From Escherichia coli O127:H6 str. E2348/69 (GTDB lineage: Bacteria > Pseudomonadota > Gammaproteobacteria > Enterobacterales > Enterobacteriaceae): 64,000 bases of DNA. Location: assembly GCF_000026545.1 (NCBI RefSeq), contig NC_011601.1. One strand, 5' to 3'. Made by a program: the position numbers and the translations under genes. Below are positions 22,783-32,140 of the stretch, piece after piece. The notes beneath the pieces are model-generated. The model was not told the DNA's origin, did not search any database, and saw only the letters and a list, made by a program, of their open reading frames with translations. The first letter of the stretch is position 1, and each line of letters opens with the position of its first letter.

Positions 22783-22806
22783 ATGGCCGCGAAAGCGGCC
22801 TTTTTT
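22783..22806 (+). terminator. rho-independent terminator after the ATPase/S8 operon
   Basis: ggccgcgaaagcggcc stem followed by tttttt. Confidence 0.7.
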
Positions 22807-23281
22807 CTGTAATTTTTTTATGAATTTACATGCACGATAGTGCACAAATTTGCACAATTTTTTTGAACGAATTTTTGCCCTTCTGGCCCGCGTGGCGGCT
22901 GGATCCGTCAGGGATCCGTGCGTGCACAAAAAAACGCGCTTTTTCTGCGCGCAGGTGACGGGGGAACAGCCCGCGTTTCAGGGGGTAAATAGCATCCCCT
23001 GAACGATGTCGCAGCGACACAACAGAATGGCTGTATTTCTCACGCTGAGCGTGAAAAAGACGTGAGGGCTTTTGATTTGATGGGGTGACAGATAAGGCCG
23101 TCAAAATCGCACTGAGGCGGCGAGAACATGCAGTCAACGCGGTGGGATTGCGTAAGAGCCTGACCGTCGATGATGGCGATAAGCTGGAAGACGTCGTGAA
23201 ATTATCTGATTGATACAGGAGCTGGAGAGTCGGGGCATAAATTTTTTATGCCCCGACGAAGCAGCAGACAAGCGAAGCGCG

Positions 23282-24328
23282 TCAGGATGTGGGCTGGGTG
23301 TCTAACAGTGCGTAAGGGTTAAAGCGGATCACCTCTTCGCCAAGCCAGTCATTGATGTGCTTCATAGCCTCCATAACGGGCATCAGCTCGTTAATTGCAT
23401 AAACCCGCGCGGCCTTCTCCACATCACCAAACGCACTTTTTTCGCCCGGCATCGCCCCCATCAGTTGCGGCGGAACGCGGTGCGCAGCCAGTACATCATC
23501 ACGGGATGCCGCCTTAACATTCATGAACTCATCCTTTGCGGTGATCTGCTGGAACGGCAAAATTTGCACCCCCTCTTTGCCCCCGTTGGGCGCATGAATG
23601 AGCACGTTTTTAAATGCACCACCACCACGCGCACCCTGTAACGTTTCTTTCAGGGAGTCCATGCTTTCGCGGTTTACCTGCGCTGCACCGATGTAGATGA
23701 TGCACCCGGCGTGGGATCCGTTGTCGTAGTACAGTTTTCTGAACATGTCCGCCGAATGAGAAAGGCTGGCCGAGAGTAATGCGCCAAGATATTCCGGCAT
23801 GCCGTAGATTTCCTGGTTAATATCCGGATTCATCAGGTGGCATACTTTGCCAGGGCGAAACTGAAACGCGTCCTTACCATCCTGCACATACCACCATGAT
23901 TCAAGATCGCTTCCGCGTCGCATGTATTTCGCCAGGGCGTGCCGTAATTTAAGCGGTTCGCCGAGCATATTGCTTCGAAGCTCAAGGAATGCATTACCGA
24001 ACACAAACCAGTCCAGCGCCAGCGCCGAGAAATCCTGCCGGGAAAGCAGCGGGTGCGGGATGTAGCAACCGAGTAATACATTGCGCTTAAAGTAAAGCGC
24101 AGACTGATGCCAGGACGTTTGCCGGGCTGCTCTTGCCAGACCGTACCAGTCCACCGGGGTTTCATACCACCGCCCGTTATCAGCACAGTACATATTGTCC
24201 AGCAGGTCATGCCCGGTCAGGCGATAAGGACCATCAAATGTGAATGCACTGAGCGATGATTCTTTCCTGAGCGCATCAGCGAGATCAATGCGTGAACTCA
24301 TGCGCACTTTTTTGTTTTTTCTGCTCAT
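23282..24328 (-). CDS. Q: portal protein
   Basis: 348-aa ORF; P2 gpQ length and position; adjacent to and co-oriented with terminase. Confidence 0.85.
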   Translation of the reverse strand: MSRKNKKVRMSSRIDLADALRKESSLSAFTFDGPYRLTGHDLLDNMYCADNGRWYETPVDWYGLARAARQTSWHQSALYFKRNVLLGCYIPHPLLSRQDFSALALDWFVFGNAFLELRSNMLGEPLKLRHALAKYMRRGSDLESWWYVQDGKDAFQFRPGKVCHLMNPDINQEIYGMPEYLGALLSASLSHSADMFRKLYYDNGSHAGCIIYIGAAQVNRESMDSLKETLQGARGGGAFKNVLIHAPNGGKEGVQILPFQQITAKDEFMNVKAASRDDVLAAHRVPPQLMGAMPGEKSAFGDVEKAARVYAINELMPVMEAMKHINDWLGEEVIRFNPYALLDTQPTS

Positions 24329-26079
24329 CAGAACTCCATAACCGTGAAACGCTCGTTTTCTCCTTCGCCGCCAATCGGTTCGTTAATGACAGCAAGCATG
24401 GTTGCCCACGCAAGGTCGCCGTGGCTGATCCCCCTCGCGCGGTCCGTTTCGTAAGTGATAAAGCCGCCCGGTGTTTTCACCTTACGCACGGCGTTAAAGG
24501 CCGCGACCAGCTCGCGTTCGGCGCGATCGTATTCCCACCGCCCGGCACGCATTATGTGCAGCATTTTCAGTACCAGCGACCGTTTTGATGACAGCGTGAA
24601 GGTGTACGGAATAGCAGCAGGGAAAAACCGTTTCACTATCTGATAAACAGCCTCCCCGTTCCCGCCCGTCACATCAATGCCGATGTGTTCCACGTTGTAG
24701 CGATACGTGAACTCTTCAATGACTCTGGCCTGTTCTTCAAACTCCAGCCCTTGAACGCGTCGCGTCTCCACCGTTCGAAAACGGCCACCAGGAACAGCCG
24801 GAGGAACCACCACGGACACAGCGCCGCTGTCGCCGTTGCCACTACTGCCGTTTGCGTCATACCCAATCCATACCGGACGATTCCCCATCGGGCGGGGAGC
24901 AAAAGGTTTCCAGTCTTTCCAGTCGTCGTATCCGTCAACACCGCAGCCAATCAGGATATTCAGGTTAAATGCCGATTCCCCTTCGCGGACAAACTCACAC
25001 ATATAGAGATTGAGGAACTCGTCTTCGGTGTTTTCATCACGAATTTCGTCGATATCAGTGTGTTTCCAGCCGTGATTAACCACATCTTCCAGCGTGACAA
25101 TTTGCCGCCACGTCCGGTCAGGGCAGATAAGCCCGTTATGCAGCGTTTTCCAGTCCACAGAAAAACGCTGGCGTTTATGCGAGGCCTTTTTCTCATTCCA
25201 GCGGTCGCCGTTCCAGTAGGCGTATGCCTCGTGCGTTTCGGTGGATGGCGTGGAGAAGTAGGTGCGCCGCAGTCCGCTGAGGGTTGCCATAGCGCCAGCC
25301 ACCTTGCGCAGTTCAGCAAAGCGACTGACCCAGAAAAATTCATCAAAATAAAAATTGCCCGTATAGGACTGTGCCGACGCAGCAGAAGTGCCGAGAAAAT
25401 GCAGCTCTGCGCCGTTGGAGAGGATGATTTTATCGCCCCCTTTCAGCTCCACATCAACTTCAGCCGCGGCCTTCTGAATAATGCTTTTAAACTGGAACGC
25501 CTGACGACGCGACGCAGACAAAAAAATCTGGTTACGCTGGTAAGGTTGCGCCACATCGTCACGCAGCGCCATCAGCAGTGCTTCCTGTGCAAAATACCAG
25601 GTCGCCCCAATCTGTCGGGATTTCAGGATCATCCTGTTACGTATCCCGGCTTCCCTGCAAAGGGTCAGGGAGTCAAACCAGCCCCGCTGATGCCACTCCA
25701 GCCTGCTGATGATTTTTTCCCGCAGTGCGGCAATCTGTTCCGGCGTGAAATGATTTTTGAGTTTTTTCGCCCGGCCTTTCTTTCCTGCGGCCGTCGCATC
25801 CGGCTGGCCATCATGCAGCTTTTTAAGCTGCCGGGTCAGCAGGTCTATTTCCTTAAAGTCACCGCCTGTTTTATTCTGTTTTTCAGTAAGCTGGATGAGA
25901 CGCGCATCGATGGACTGCGTGACACGCTGCACGGGTGGCGTTTCATCCCACTGGTCACGTTTTTTCCACGCATAAATCGTGTTCGGGTTTATTCCCATCA
26001 GACGTGATATTTCTGCGGGCGGATAACCCTGCCAGTAAAGTTGCCGCGCACGCTGGCGCACAAAAGCGTCCTGAATCAT
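24328..26079 (-). CDS. P: terminase large (ATPase) subunit
   Basis: 583-aa ORF; P2 gpP length and position; overlaps the Q start. Confidence 0.88.
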   Translation of the reverse strand: MIQDAFVRQRARQLYWQGYPPAEISRLMGINPNTIYAWKKRDQWDETPPVQRVTQSIDARLIQLTEKQNKTGGDFKEIDLLTRQLKKLHDGQPDATAAGKKGRAKKLKNHFTPEQIAALREKIISRLEWHQRGWFDSLTLCREAGIRNRMILKSRQIGATWYFAQEALLMALRDDVAQPYQRNQIFLSASRRQAFQFKSIIQKAAAEVDVELKGGDKIILSNGAELHFLGTSAASAQSYTGNFYFDEFFWVSRFAELRKVAGAMATLSGLRRTYFSTPSTETHEAYAYWNGDRWNEKKASHKRQRFSVDWKTLHNGLICPDRTWRQIVTLEDVVNHGWKHTDIDEIRDENTEDEFLNLYMCEFVREGESAFNLNILIGCGVDGYDDWKDWKPFAPRPMGNRPVWIGYDANGSSGNGDSGAVSVVVPPAVPGGRFRTVETRRVQGLEFEEQARVIEEFTYRYNVEHIGIDVTGGNGEAVYQIVKRFFPAAIPYTFTLSSKRSLVLKMLHIMRAGRWEYDRAERELVAAFNAVRKVKTPGGFITYETDRARGISHGDLAWATMLAVINEPIGGEGENERFTVMEF

Positions 26080-26233
26080 TGCTCCCCCTGAGTAATTACA
26101 GGAAGATTACCCGCGCGCGAAACTGTTCTCCTTAACCCCCTGTTCTGGCCGTTTTCTTACAACAAAAGCCCTTTGTATCAGCCTGTTACGCTTTGCCATC
26201 ATGACTGAAGAACCAGTCAGAGGGGCAAAAACT

Positions 26234-27070
26234 ATGGCTAATGAAAAAAAGACATCCCGCAAAAAGTTTCGCGTGGCTGTCTCCGGATCAACTGTTGATG
26301 GCCGTGAAATCAGTCCGGTGCATCTGCGTGAAGCCGCCGAGAACTTCAACCCGGATGTTTACGCTGCCCGCGTGAACGTTGAGCACTATCTCTCGCCATG
26401 CCCGTCAAGCGAATTTTCCGCAATGGGCGATGTCACCGCACTGAGTACGGAAGACATTACGGAAGGTCCGCTGGCCGGACGTACTGCGCTGTATGCAGAA
26501 ATCGAACCGACCGAGCGCATGAAGCAGCTTGTCGCGGACGGCAAGAAAATCTATTCCAGTATCGAACTGCACCCGCAGTTCTCCGTTAACGGGCGCGCCT
26601 ATCTGGTCGGGCTGGCGATGACCGACACCCCGGCAAGCCTGGGCACTGAGCGCCTGAAATTCACGGCACAGCAACGTCAGGCGGTGATGACGTTCAACAG
26701 TATCCAGGGTGAAGCGCCGCTTATCTCCGAAGCCATCGAGTCTGAAATCATCGAAATGGCAGAACAACGCCAGGAAGAAGGCACCCAGTGGTTTAACCGC
26801 GTAATGGGGATTATTGGCCGTGGCCGCAAAGCGGATGACGCCAGTTTTTCCCGTATTCAGGAAGCGGTGGAAGGCGTCGCAACGTCACAGGCCGACATTA
26901 TCGACCGTTTTAATGTGCTGGAAACCCGCCATCAGCAGGACCGCCAGAAAATTACGTCACTGACCACAGAGCTGGCAGCACTGAAGGAAAAACTGCGCAC
27001 GCAGGACGGCGATCCGCAGAACCGGTTCACCGCAACAGGTGCAGCCTCCGACCAGCTGGCTGACTTCTGA
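26234..27070 (+). CDS. O: capsid scaffolding protein
   Basis: Product from MANEKKTSRKKFRVAVSGSTVDGREISPVHL parallels P2 gpO (FRIGVEGDTCDGRVISAQDI); divergent from P/Q. Confidence 0.85.
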   Translation: MANEKKTSRKKFRVAVSGSTVDGREISPVHLREAAENFNPDVYAARVNVEHYLSPCPSSEFSAMGDVTALSTEDITEGPLAGRTALYAEIEPTERMKQLVADGKKIYSSIELHPQFSVNGRAYLVGLAMTDTPASLGTERLKFTAQQRQAVMTFNSIQGEAPLISEAIESEIIEMAEQRQEEGTQWFNRVMGIIGRGRKADDASFSRIQEAVEGVATSQADIIDRFNVLETRHQQDRQKITSLTTELAALKEKLRTQDGDPQNRFTATGAASDQLADF

Positions 27071-27093
27071 TAAGACAAAGGAGCAAATTTTTT

Positions 27094-28146
27094 ATGAATC
27101 TGGTGATGTCAGATATTACCCGCAACAAGCTGGGTTGCTATATGGCGCAGCAGGCGTCGCTTAATAATATTCCGGTTTCCGCACTGGTATCGCGATTTAC
27201 CGTGGAACCCTCGGTGCAGCAGCGTTTTGAAAACGCCTCAAAGGAAAGCACCGAATTTACAAAAAGAATTAACGTGATCGGCGTGACCGACCAGAAAGGC
27301 GAAAAAATCCTCCTGGACACCACCGGGCCAATTGCACGCACGAATACCGGTTATGACGGCACAAAACGCCGTAACCCGAATAACGTGGTTGATCTGAAAA
27401 ACCGCAAATACCAGTGCGAACAGGTGAACTACGACACGTTTATTTCATATCCGCAGCTTGATGCCTGGGCGGCACATCCTGATTTTCAGTCCCGCATCAG
27501 CGCACAGATTGCCCGGCAGGTGGCGCTTGACCGCATCATGATCGGTTTCAACGGCACGTCTCACGCGGATGAGTCCAACTTCAGCACCAACAAGCTGCTT
27601 CAGGACGTTAACGTGGGATGGCTGGAGCACATCAGAACCGACGCCAGCGAACGCGTTATGAATGACGTGACGCTGACCTCCCGCAACATGGACAACACCG
27701 TGGCGCACGCGGGTAAGTATGCGAACGCTGATGCACTGGTACAGGACGCGCGTTCATCCCTGCTGGATGAATGGCACAAGGAAGCTGACGACCTTGTGGT
27801 GATTATGGGGCGCAACCTGTTTAACTCGCTGCGTCTGCCCGTGCTGAACAGCATCAGCGGCCAGAATCCCAATGCGGAATTACTTGCCGGGCAGCTCATC
27901 CTGTCATCGCGCACCATTGGCGGGCTGGGCGTGTTCCTTGCACCGTTCTTCCCGGATGCAACGATGCTGATCACCTCGTTCAACAACCTGTCGATTTACT
28001 GGCAGAAAGGTTCAATGCGTCGCCTGATGAAAGACGAGCCGGAATACAACCGCATCGCCACCTACCAGTCCATCAATGACGCTTATGTCGTTGAAGACTA
28101 TGGCAAGTGCGCGATGGTTACTGGCCTGAAGTTCGCCGACAGCTAA
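27094..28146 (+). CDS. N: major capsid protein
   Basis: 350-aa ORF; extensive similarity to P2 gpN (FTVEPSV, MIGFNG, DYVVEDY segments). Confidence 0.9.
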   Translation: MNLVMSDITRNKLGCYMAQQASLNNIPVSALVSRFTVEPSVQQRFENASKESTEFTKRINVIGVTDQKGEKILLDTTGPIARTNTGYDGTKRRNPNNVVDLKNRKYQCEQVNYDTFISYPQLDAWAAHPDFQSRISAQIARQVALDRIMIGFNGTSHADESNFSTNKLLQDVNVGWLEHIRTDASERVMNDVTLTSRNMDNTVAHAGKYANADALVQDARSSLLDEWHKEADDLVVIMGRNLFNSLRLPVLNSISGQNPNAELLAGQLILSSRTIGGLGVFLAPFFPDATMLITSFNNLSIYWQKGSMRRLMKDEPEYNRIATYQSINDAYVVEDYGKCAMVTGLKFADS

Positions 28147-28191
28147 TCAACTCACGGCGGGCATCATGCCCGCCTGTAACGGAGAGAAAAA

Positions 28192-28992
28192 ATGATTACT
28201 CCTGCACAGCAACACTGGCAGAACGTGATGGCACAGCGCGCAGGCCGGGCGAATGAAGGCGTGGACCACGCCGCGCGTACCGCGCATGAAGAGGTGCTGT
28301 ATCGTCTGCGTCTGGCACAGGCCCGGCTTAAGGGCGTACAGGCCAGAAGCGCGAAAGCCGCCATCAAAAAAGAGTTGTTGCCGGATTTTTCCGGCTGGAT
28401 TGAGGGAACGCTGGAGGCTGACGGCGGGCAGCAGGATGAAGTGATTGCCACGCTGATGGTGTGGGCGATTGACTGTGGCGATCTTCCGCTGGCGTTGCGT
28501 ATTGGTGCGTATGTGGTCCGTCACAACCTCATCATGCCGGATAACTTTGGCCGTACTGCTGCCACGGTACTGACCGAAGAAATCTGTAATCCGGTACTGA
28601 CGCAGGCCGGGACGGATGCCGACGCGGATTTGTCCGCCTTTATCGAACCACTGGACACCCTCCGGGAGATTGTCACCGACCAGGACATGCCGGACGAAGT
28701 GCGCGCCAAATTATGCAAAGCGTGCGCCTTTGCCCGCCGTGGCCTGAGTGATGCGGACAGCATGGCCCTGTCACTGAAGCTGCTGCGCGAAGCAATGCAC
28801 CTGAACCCGAACGCAGGTGTGAAACGCGAGATTGCAACCCTTTCCCGCGCCCTGAAAAAAGCCGATTCCGCAGCCGCACCAGAAGATGCCAGCACACCGC
28901 AGGCGCAGGACGAAAGCAGCAAAAGTAAAAAGACAACGCGGAAGCCTGCAACACGAAAAACCACCGCGACGCAGAAGGCGAAGCGCGGTTAA
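28192..28992 (+). CDS. M: terminase small/endonuclease subunit
   Basis: 266-aa ORF at the P2 gpM position; basic Lys/Arg-rich C-terminal tail. Confidence 0.7.
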   Translation: MITPAQQHWQNVMAQRAGRANEGVDHAARTAHEEVLYRLRLAQARLKGVQARSAKAAIKKELLPDFSGWIEGTLEADGGQQDEVIATLMVWAIDCGDLPLALRIGAYVVRHNLIMPDNFGRTAATVLTEEICNPVLTQAGTDADADLSAFIEPLDTLREIVTDQDMPDEVRAKLCKACAFARRGLSDADSMALSLKLLREAMHLNPNAGVKREIATLSRALKKADSAAAPEDASTPQAQDESSKSKKTTRKPATRKTTATQKAKRG

Positions 28993-29084
28993 CGACTGAC
29001 CCCGTCAGCGGGCGGCGTGCGCGGTGTTCCGGTTTGACTCCGTGACCGCTTACACCGCGCACCCACCGCCCGATTTTTTCAGGA

Positions 29085-29588
29085 GTGAACCCCATGAGTA
29101 TGGTTGCCAGAACCAACCCCGGACCCGCAGAGGACGACATCACCGATACCGATGATGGCGATACCCGCATTTCAGCGGGTGCATTCTGGCCGGATATTGT
29201 GCTGCGCGAGCTGCGTCTGGCGGTACGACTGCCGGGGCGCGTGACCACCTCCCGCCTGCTGCATACTGCCACCGGGGCTGTGGCACACGTTACCCGCGAG
29301 CTGGAAGCATGGCAGCAGGAACAGCAGGCAGCTGGCCATCAGACGCTGGCCGATGTTCCGGCACCCGTAATTAACGGAGAAAGCGTCAATCTCTGGCACT
29401 GGCGCAATGCTGTTTATACCGCCACGCGCGCCCTGATTCTGGAGCGTTATCGTGATGCAGACACTACGGACAAGGGCGACCGCCGGGCGGACGCTCTGGA
29501 TATACAGACATCGGATTTGTGGCGTGATGTGAGCTGGGCCATCTCTGACATTCTGTGCCGCCCGCGAATCTTTGCGGAGTTGTGCTGA
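29085..29588 (+). CDS. L: head completion/stabilisation protein
   Basis: 167-aa ORF; parallels P2 gpL (LADVPA ... GES ... LWRDVSWAI ... CRP). Confidence 0.8.
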   Translation: MNPMSMVARTNPGPAEDDITDTDDGDTRISAGAFWPDIVLRELRLAVRLPGRVTTSRLLHTATGAVAHVTRELEAWQQEQQAAGHQTLADVPAPVINGESVNLWHWRNAVYTATRALILERYRDADTTDKGDRRADALDIQTSDLWRDVSWAISDILCRPRIFAELC

Positions 29589-29788
29589 TGAAAGTGAAGG
29601 CACTGGAAGGCGACACCGTGGATTCGCTCTGTTTCCGGTACTACGGCACGACGCAGGGCGTCACCGAAAAGGTGCTGGATGCCAACCCCGGACTCTGTCA
29701 GCAGGTATTTCTGGACGCCGGGCAGGAAGTGGAGATGCCGGAGCCGGAGAAGAAGAAACGAGAAATGATTCAGTTGTGGGGGGAGTAG
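29588..29788 (+). CDS. X: small tail protein (P2 gpX-like)
   Basis: 67-aa product MKVKALEGDTVDSL...; ATGA overlap with the L stop; same length as P2 X. Confidence 0.7.
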   Translation: MKVKALEGDTVDSLCFRYYGTTQGVTEKVLDANPGLCQQVFLDAGQEVEMPEPEKKKREMIQLWGE

Positions 29789-29790
29789 CA

Positions 29791-30114
29791 GTGAGCACCA
29801 TTCAAACAGGGATCACAGAGCAGGTTATTGCGTGGCTCTTTGACCACCTGCCAACGGTGTATGCAGTAGGCGCGGCGGTCAGCATTTCCGCGCTGATGAG
29901 CCTTTATGACGGACGAACACTGGTTCAGACCGTAACGGGATCGCTGGCGTGCGGCGTTCTTGCCATGGCCGTGGCCGGGTCGTTGCGCTTCTTCGGGTTT
30001 CCTGAAGATGCCGTGACGTTTATCGGCGCATCAATCGGTTTTATGGGTGCAGAGAAAGCACGCGACAAGGTTATTGCGGCCTTTAATCGCAGGGTGAAGG
30101 AGAAGGACGAATGA
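29791..30114 (+). CDS. holin (P2 gpY position)
   Basis: GTG start after ggggggag RBS; 107 aa with hydrophobic TM segments and a charged C-terminus. Confidence 0.6.
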   Translation: MSTIQTGITEQVIAWLFDHLPTVYAVGAAVSISALMSLYDGRTLVQTVTGSLACGVLAMAVAGSLRFFGFPEDAVTFIGASIGFMGAEKARDKVIAAFNRRVKEKDE

Positions 30115-30503
30115 GCAACACATTTAAATTCAGCAGCCGGAGCGAAAAGAATTTGCAGGGCGTAAATCCTGATCTGGTGAAAGTGACCCGACGGGCACTG
30201 GAAATCTCGGAAGTGGATTTTGGTATCACCGAAGGGTTGCGCAGCCGTTACCGCCAGAAGCAACTGGTGGCCACGGGTAAGAGCCAGACCATGAACAGCC
30301 GCCACCTTACGGGGCATGCCGTGGATGTTGTGGCTTATATCGGCAGCCAGGTGTCATGGGAATGGCCGCTGTACGAAAAAATCGCAGCAGCATTCAGACA
30401 GGCCAGCCGGGAACTGAATATTCCGGTGGAATGGGGCGGCGACTGGAAGACCCTGAAAGACGGACCGCATTTTCAGTTACCACACGGAGCCTATCCGGCA
30501 TGA
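30111..30503 (+). CDS. endolysin, peptidase M15 (L-Ala-D-Glu / VanY-like) type
   Basis: 130-aa ORF; SRHLTGHAVDV and WGGDW zinc-peptidase motifs; replaces the lysozyme gene K of P2. Confidence 0.75.
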   Translation: MSNTFKFSSRSEKNLQGVNPDLVKVTRRALEISEVDFGITEGLRSRYRQKQLVATGKSQTMNSRHLTGHAVDVVAYIGSQVSWEWPLYEKIAAAFRQASRELNIPVEWGGDWKTLKDGPHFQLPHGAYPA

Positions 30504-30907
30504 AGCTCTGGCCCACGCTTGGCGTCGCTTTCCTTCTGACTGCCGGATGGGGAACATCCATGCGTCTGTCGTGGTCGCTGGGCCGGGAGAACGCCAGAAA
30601 CGAAGCGCAGGCCAGCACCCTGAAAAGTACCGCCGACACCCTGAATATCATCAGCGCCGGGGTACAGGATATGCAGCAGGTGCTGGCGCAACTCCGCGTG
30701 GAAAATCAGCAACGCAATCAGGACGGAGAGGTAAGACGTGAACAGCTACGCAACGATATTGCAAAAGATGAATGCGCCCACGCTTTGCCTGACGCTCGTT
30801 TTACTGACAGGCTGCGCAGGCACGCAGAACGCGCCACTGCCAGCGCCGTCAGTCCGGCTTATACCGCAGACGCTGACCATACCGGTAACGCCTCCCCCCT
30901 TCCCTGA
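30500..30907 (+). CDS. i-spanin (Rz/LysB-like)
   Basis: Product from MKLWPTLGVAFLLTAGWG has an N-terminal TM helix then a charged coiled region; ATGA overlap with the endolysin. Confidence 0.65.
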   Translation: MKLWPTLGVAFLLTAGWGTSMRLSWSLGRENARNEAQASTLKSTADTLNIISAGVQDMQQVLAQLRVENQQRNQDGEVRREQLRNDIAKDECAHALPDARFTDRLRRHAERATASAVSPAYTADADHTGNASPLP

Positions 30908-31058
30908 CACTCCCACATGGGGAAAACTCGGTATATGGGGCGACCACCTTCTGGATGCACTGGAAACCTGTAACGCGGATAAACGGGCCATTGAATTACT
31001 GGAACAGCGCAGGCTGCAACGACTGAACAACGAGGATAACAACCATGCTGAAAACTGA
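30768..31058 (+). CDS. o-spanin lipoprotein (Rz1/LysC-like), overlapping the i-spanin in another frame
   Basis: MNAPTLCLTLVLLTGCAG lipobox signal, proline-rich body. Confidence 0.6.
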   Translation: MNAPTLCLTLVLLTGCAGTQNAPLPAPSVRLIPQTLTIPVTPPPFPDTPTWGKLGIWGDHLLDALETCNADKRAIELLEQRRLQRLNNEDNNHAEN

Positions 31059-31512
31059 TTCCCTGCGTGAAGCCATGACCCGTTCATGCCGATGGTGTCA
31101 GGCCAACCCGGAAAAATTCACCATTTTCGTGGAGAGCGGCAACATTGAAACGACCGGAGAAACTCCCTCGTTTGTTTACCGCTATCAGATGGTGATGTTT
31201 GTCATGGATTACGCCGGAGAGCTGGACGACCTCACGCTGCCGCTGCTGGCCTGGTTATCCGAAAATCAGCCACAGTTGTTGCTCAATCCGGAGCGTAATC
31301 AGGACATCAAATTTTCTGCCGTTATCAATGACGATGACAGCGCCGATCTCCTGTTTACGCTCCCCCTGCGGGAACGCGTTCGCATCACGCGCAGCAGTCA
31401 GGGTACACCGCAGGCAGAACACCTGCCGGAGCCAAAACCCCGCCTGCCCTCTTCCGAAGGCGAATGGTCGCATGTATTCCAGGATGTGACGTGGGGTGAA
31501 AGCGATGGATAA
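31045..31512 (+). CDS. R: tail completion protein
   Basis: 155-aa ORF; parallels P2 gpR (MLKxDSLR ... LAWLxENQP). Confidence 0.85.
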   Translation: MLKTDSLREAMTRSCRWCQANPEKFTIFVESGNIETTGETPSFVYRYQMVMFVMDYAGELDDLTLPLLAWLSENQPQLLLNPERNQDIKFSAVINDDDSADLLFTLPLRERVRITRSSQGTPQAEHLPEPKPRLPSSEGEWSHVFQDVTWGESDG

Positions 31513-32140
31513 GGCATTCATCCGCGTGGATGAAACCCTTGAGGCCATCCGCGACAGCCTGAATCAGCAGGCCATCAATAACATCGCCAGAAAGCTGGCA
31601 CAGGATTTACGCCGCGCCCAGCAGGCGCGCATCCGGTCACAGAAAGCGCCGGACGGGACCGCGTGGACACCACGCAGACGCCGCGTAACCCGGATACAGG
31701 AGCGCATTCGCTTTATCTGGAATAACGAAGCACGCACGCTGAAAAACTGGCATCACGACACGGGGAAATACGGGCGAACCATTACCGGGTGGGATGAGGA
31801 TAAAAACAATATCCGCACGTTTTACCGGGATGACATCGACCGTTTTCTGGAAATACGCACCCGGCGCATCAACCAGGACAGTACAAAGCGCGTCCCCATG
31901 TTCGTAAAACTGCGCACCGCCCGCTACCTGAAAGCCCGTGCAGATGCTTCCGGTGTGACGGTGGGTTACAGCGGCGTGGCCGCACGTATTGCACGCGTTC
32001 ATCAGTTCGGTGAGCGCGATCAGGTTGCGCCGGGCATTTTCACCGATTACCCGGTACGTGAGCTGCTGGGTATCAGCCAGGCAGATGAGCGCCTGATTTA
32101 TAACACGGTGCTGGGCCGGATTGCGGAGGCTGTACGGTGA
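31496..32140 (+). CDS. S: tail completion / virion morphogenesis protein
   Basis: 214-aa ORF at the gpS position; longer than P2 S. Confidence 0.65.
   Translation: MKAMDKAFIRVDETLEAIRDSLNQQAINNIARKLAQDLRRAQQARIRSQKAPDGTAWTPRRRRVTRIQERIRFIWNNEARTLKNWHHDTGKYGRTITGWDEDKNNIRTFYRDDIDRFLEIRTRRINQDSTKRVPMFVKLRTARYLKARADASGVTVGYSGVAARIARVHQFGERDQVAPGIFTDYPVRELLGISQADERLIYNTVLGRIAEAVR

Noticed and set aside
22826-23137. 103-aa minus-strand ORF in the cos region
   Set aside because: Lies in a repeat-rich non-coding interval expected to hold the packaging site; no start context or recognisable sequence.
24685-26007. 440-aa plus-strand ORF antisense to the terminase gene
   Set aside because: Completely overlapped by the terminase large subunit on the other strand; low-complexity Arg-rich translation.
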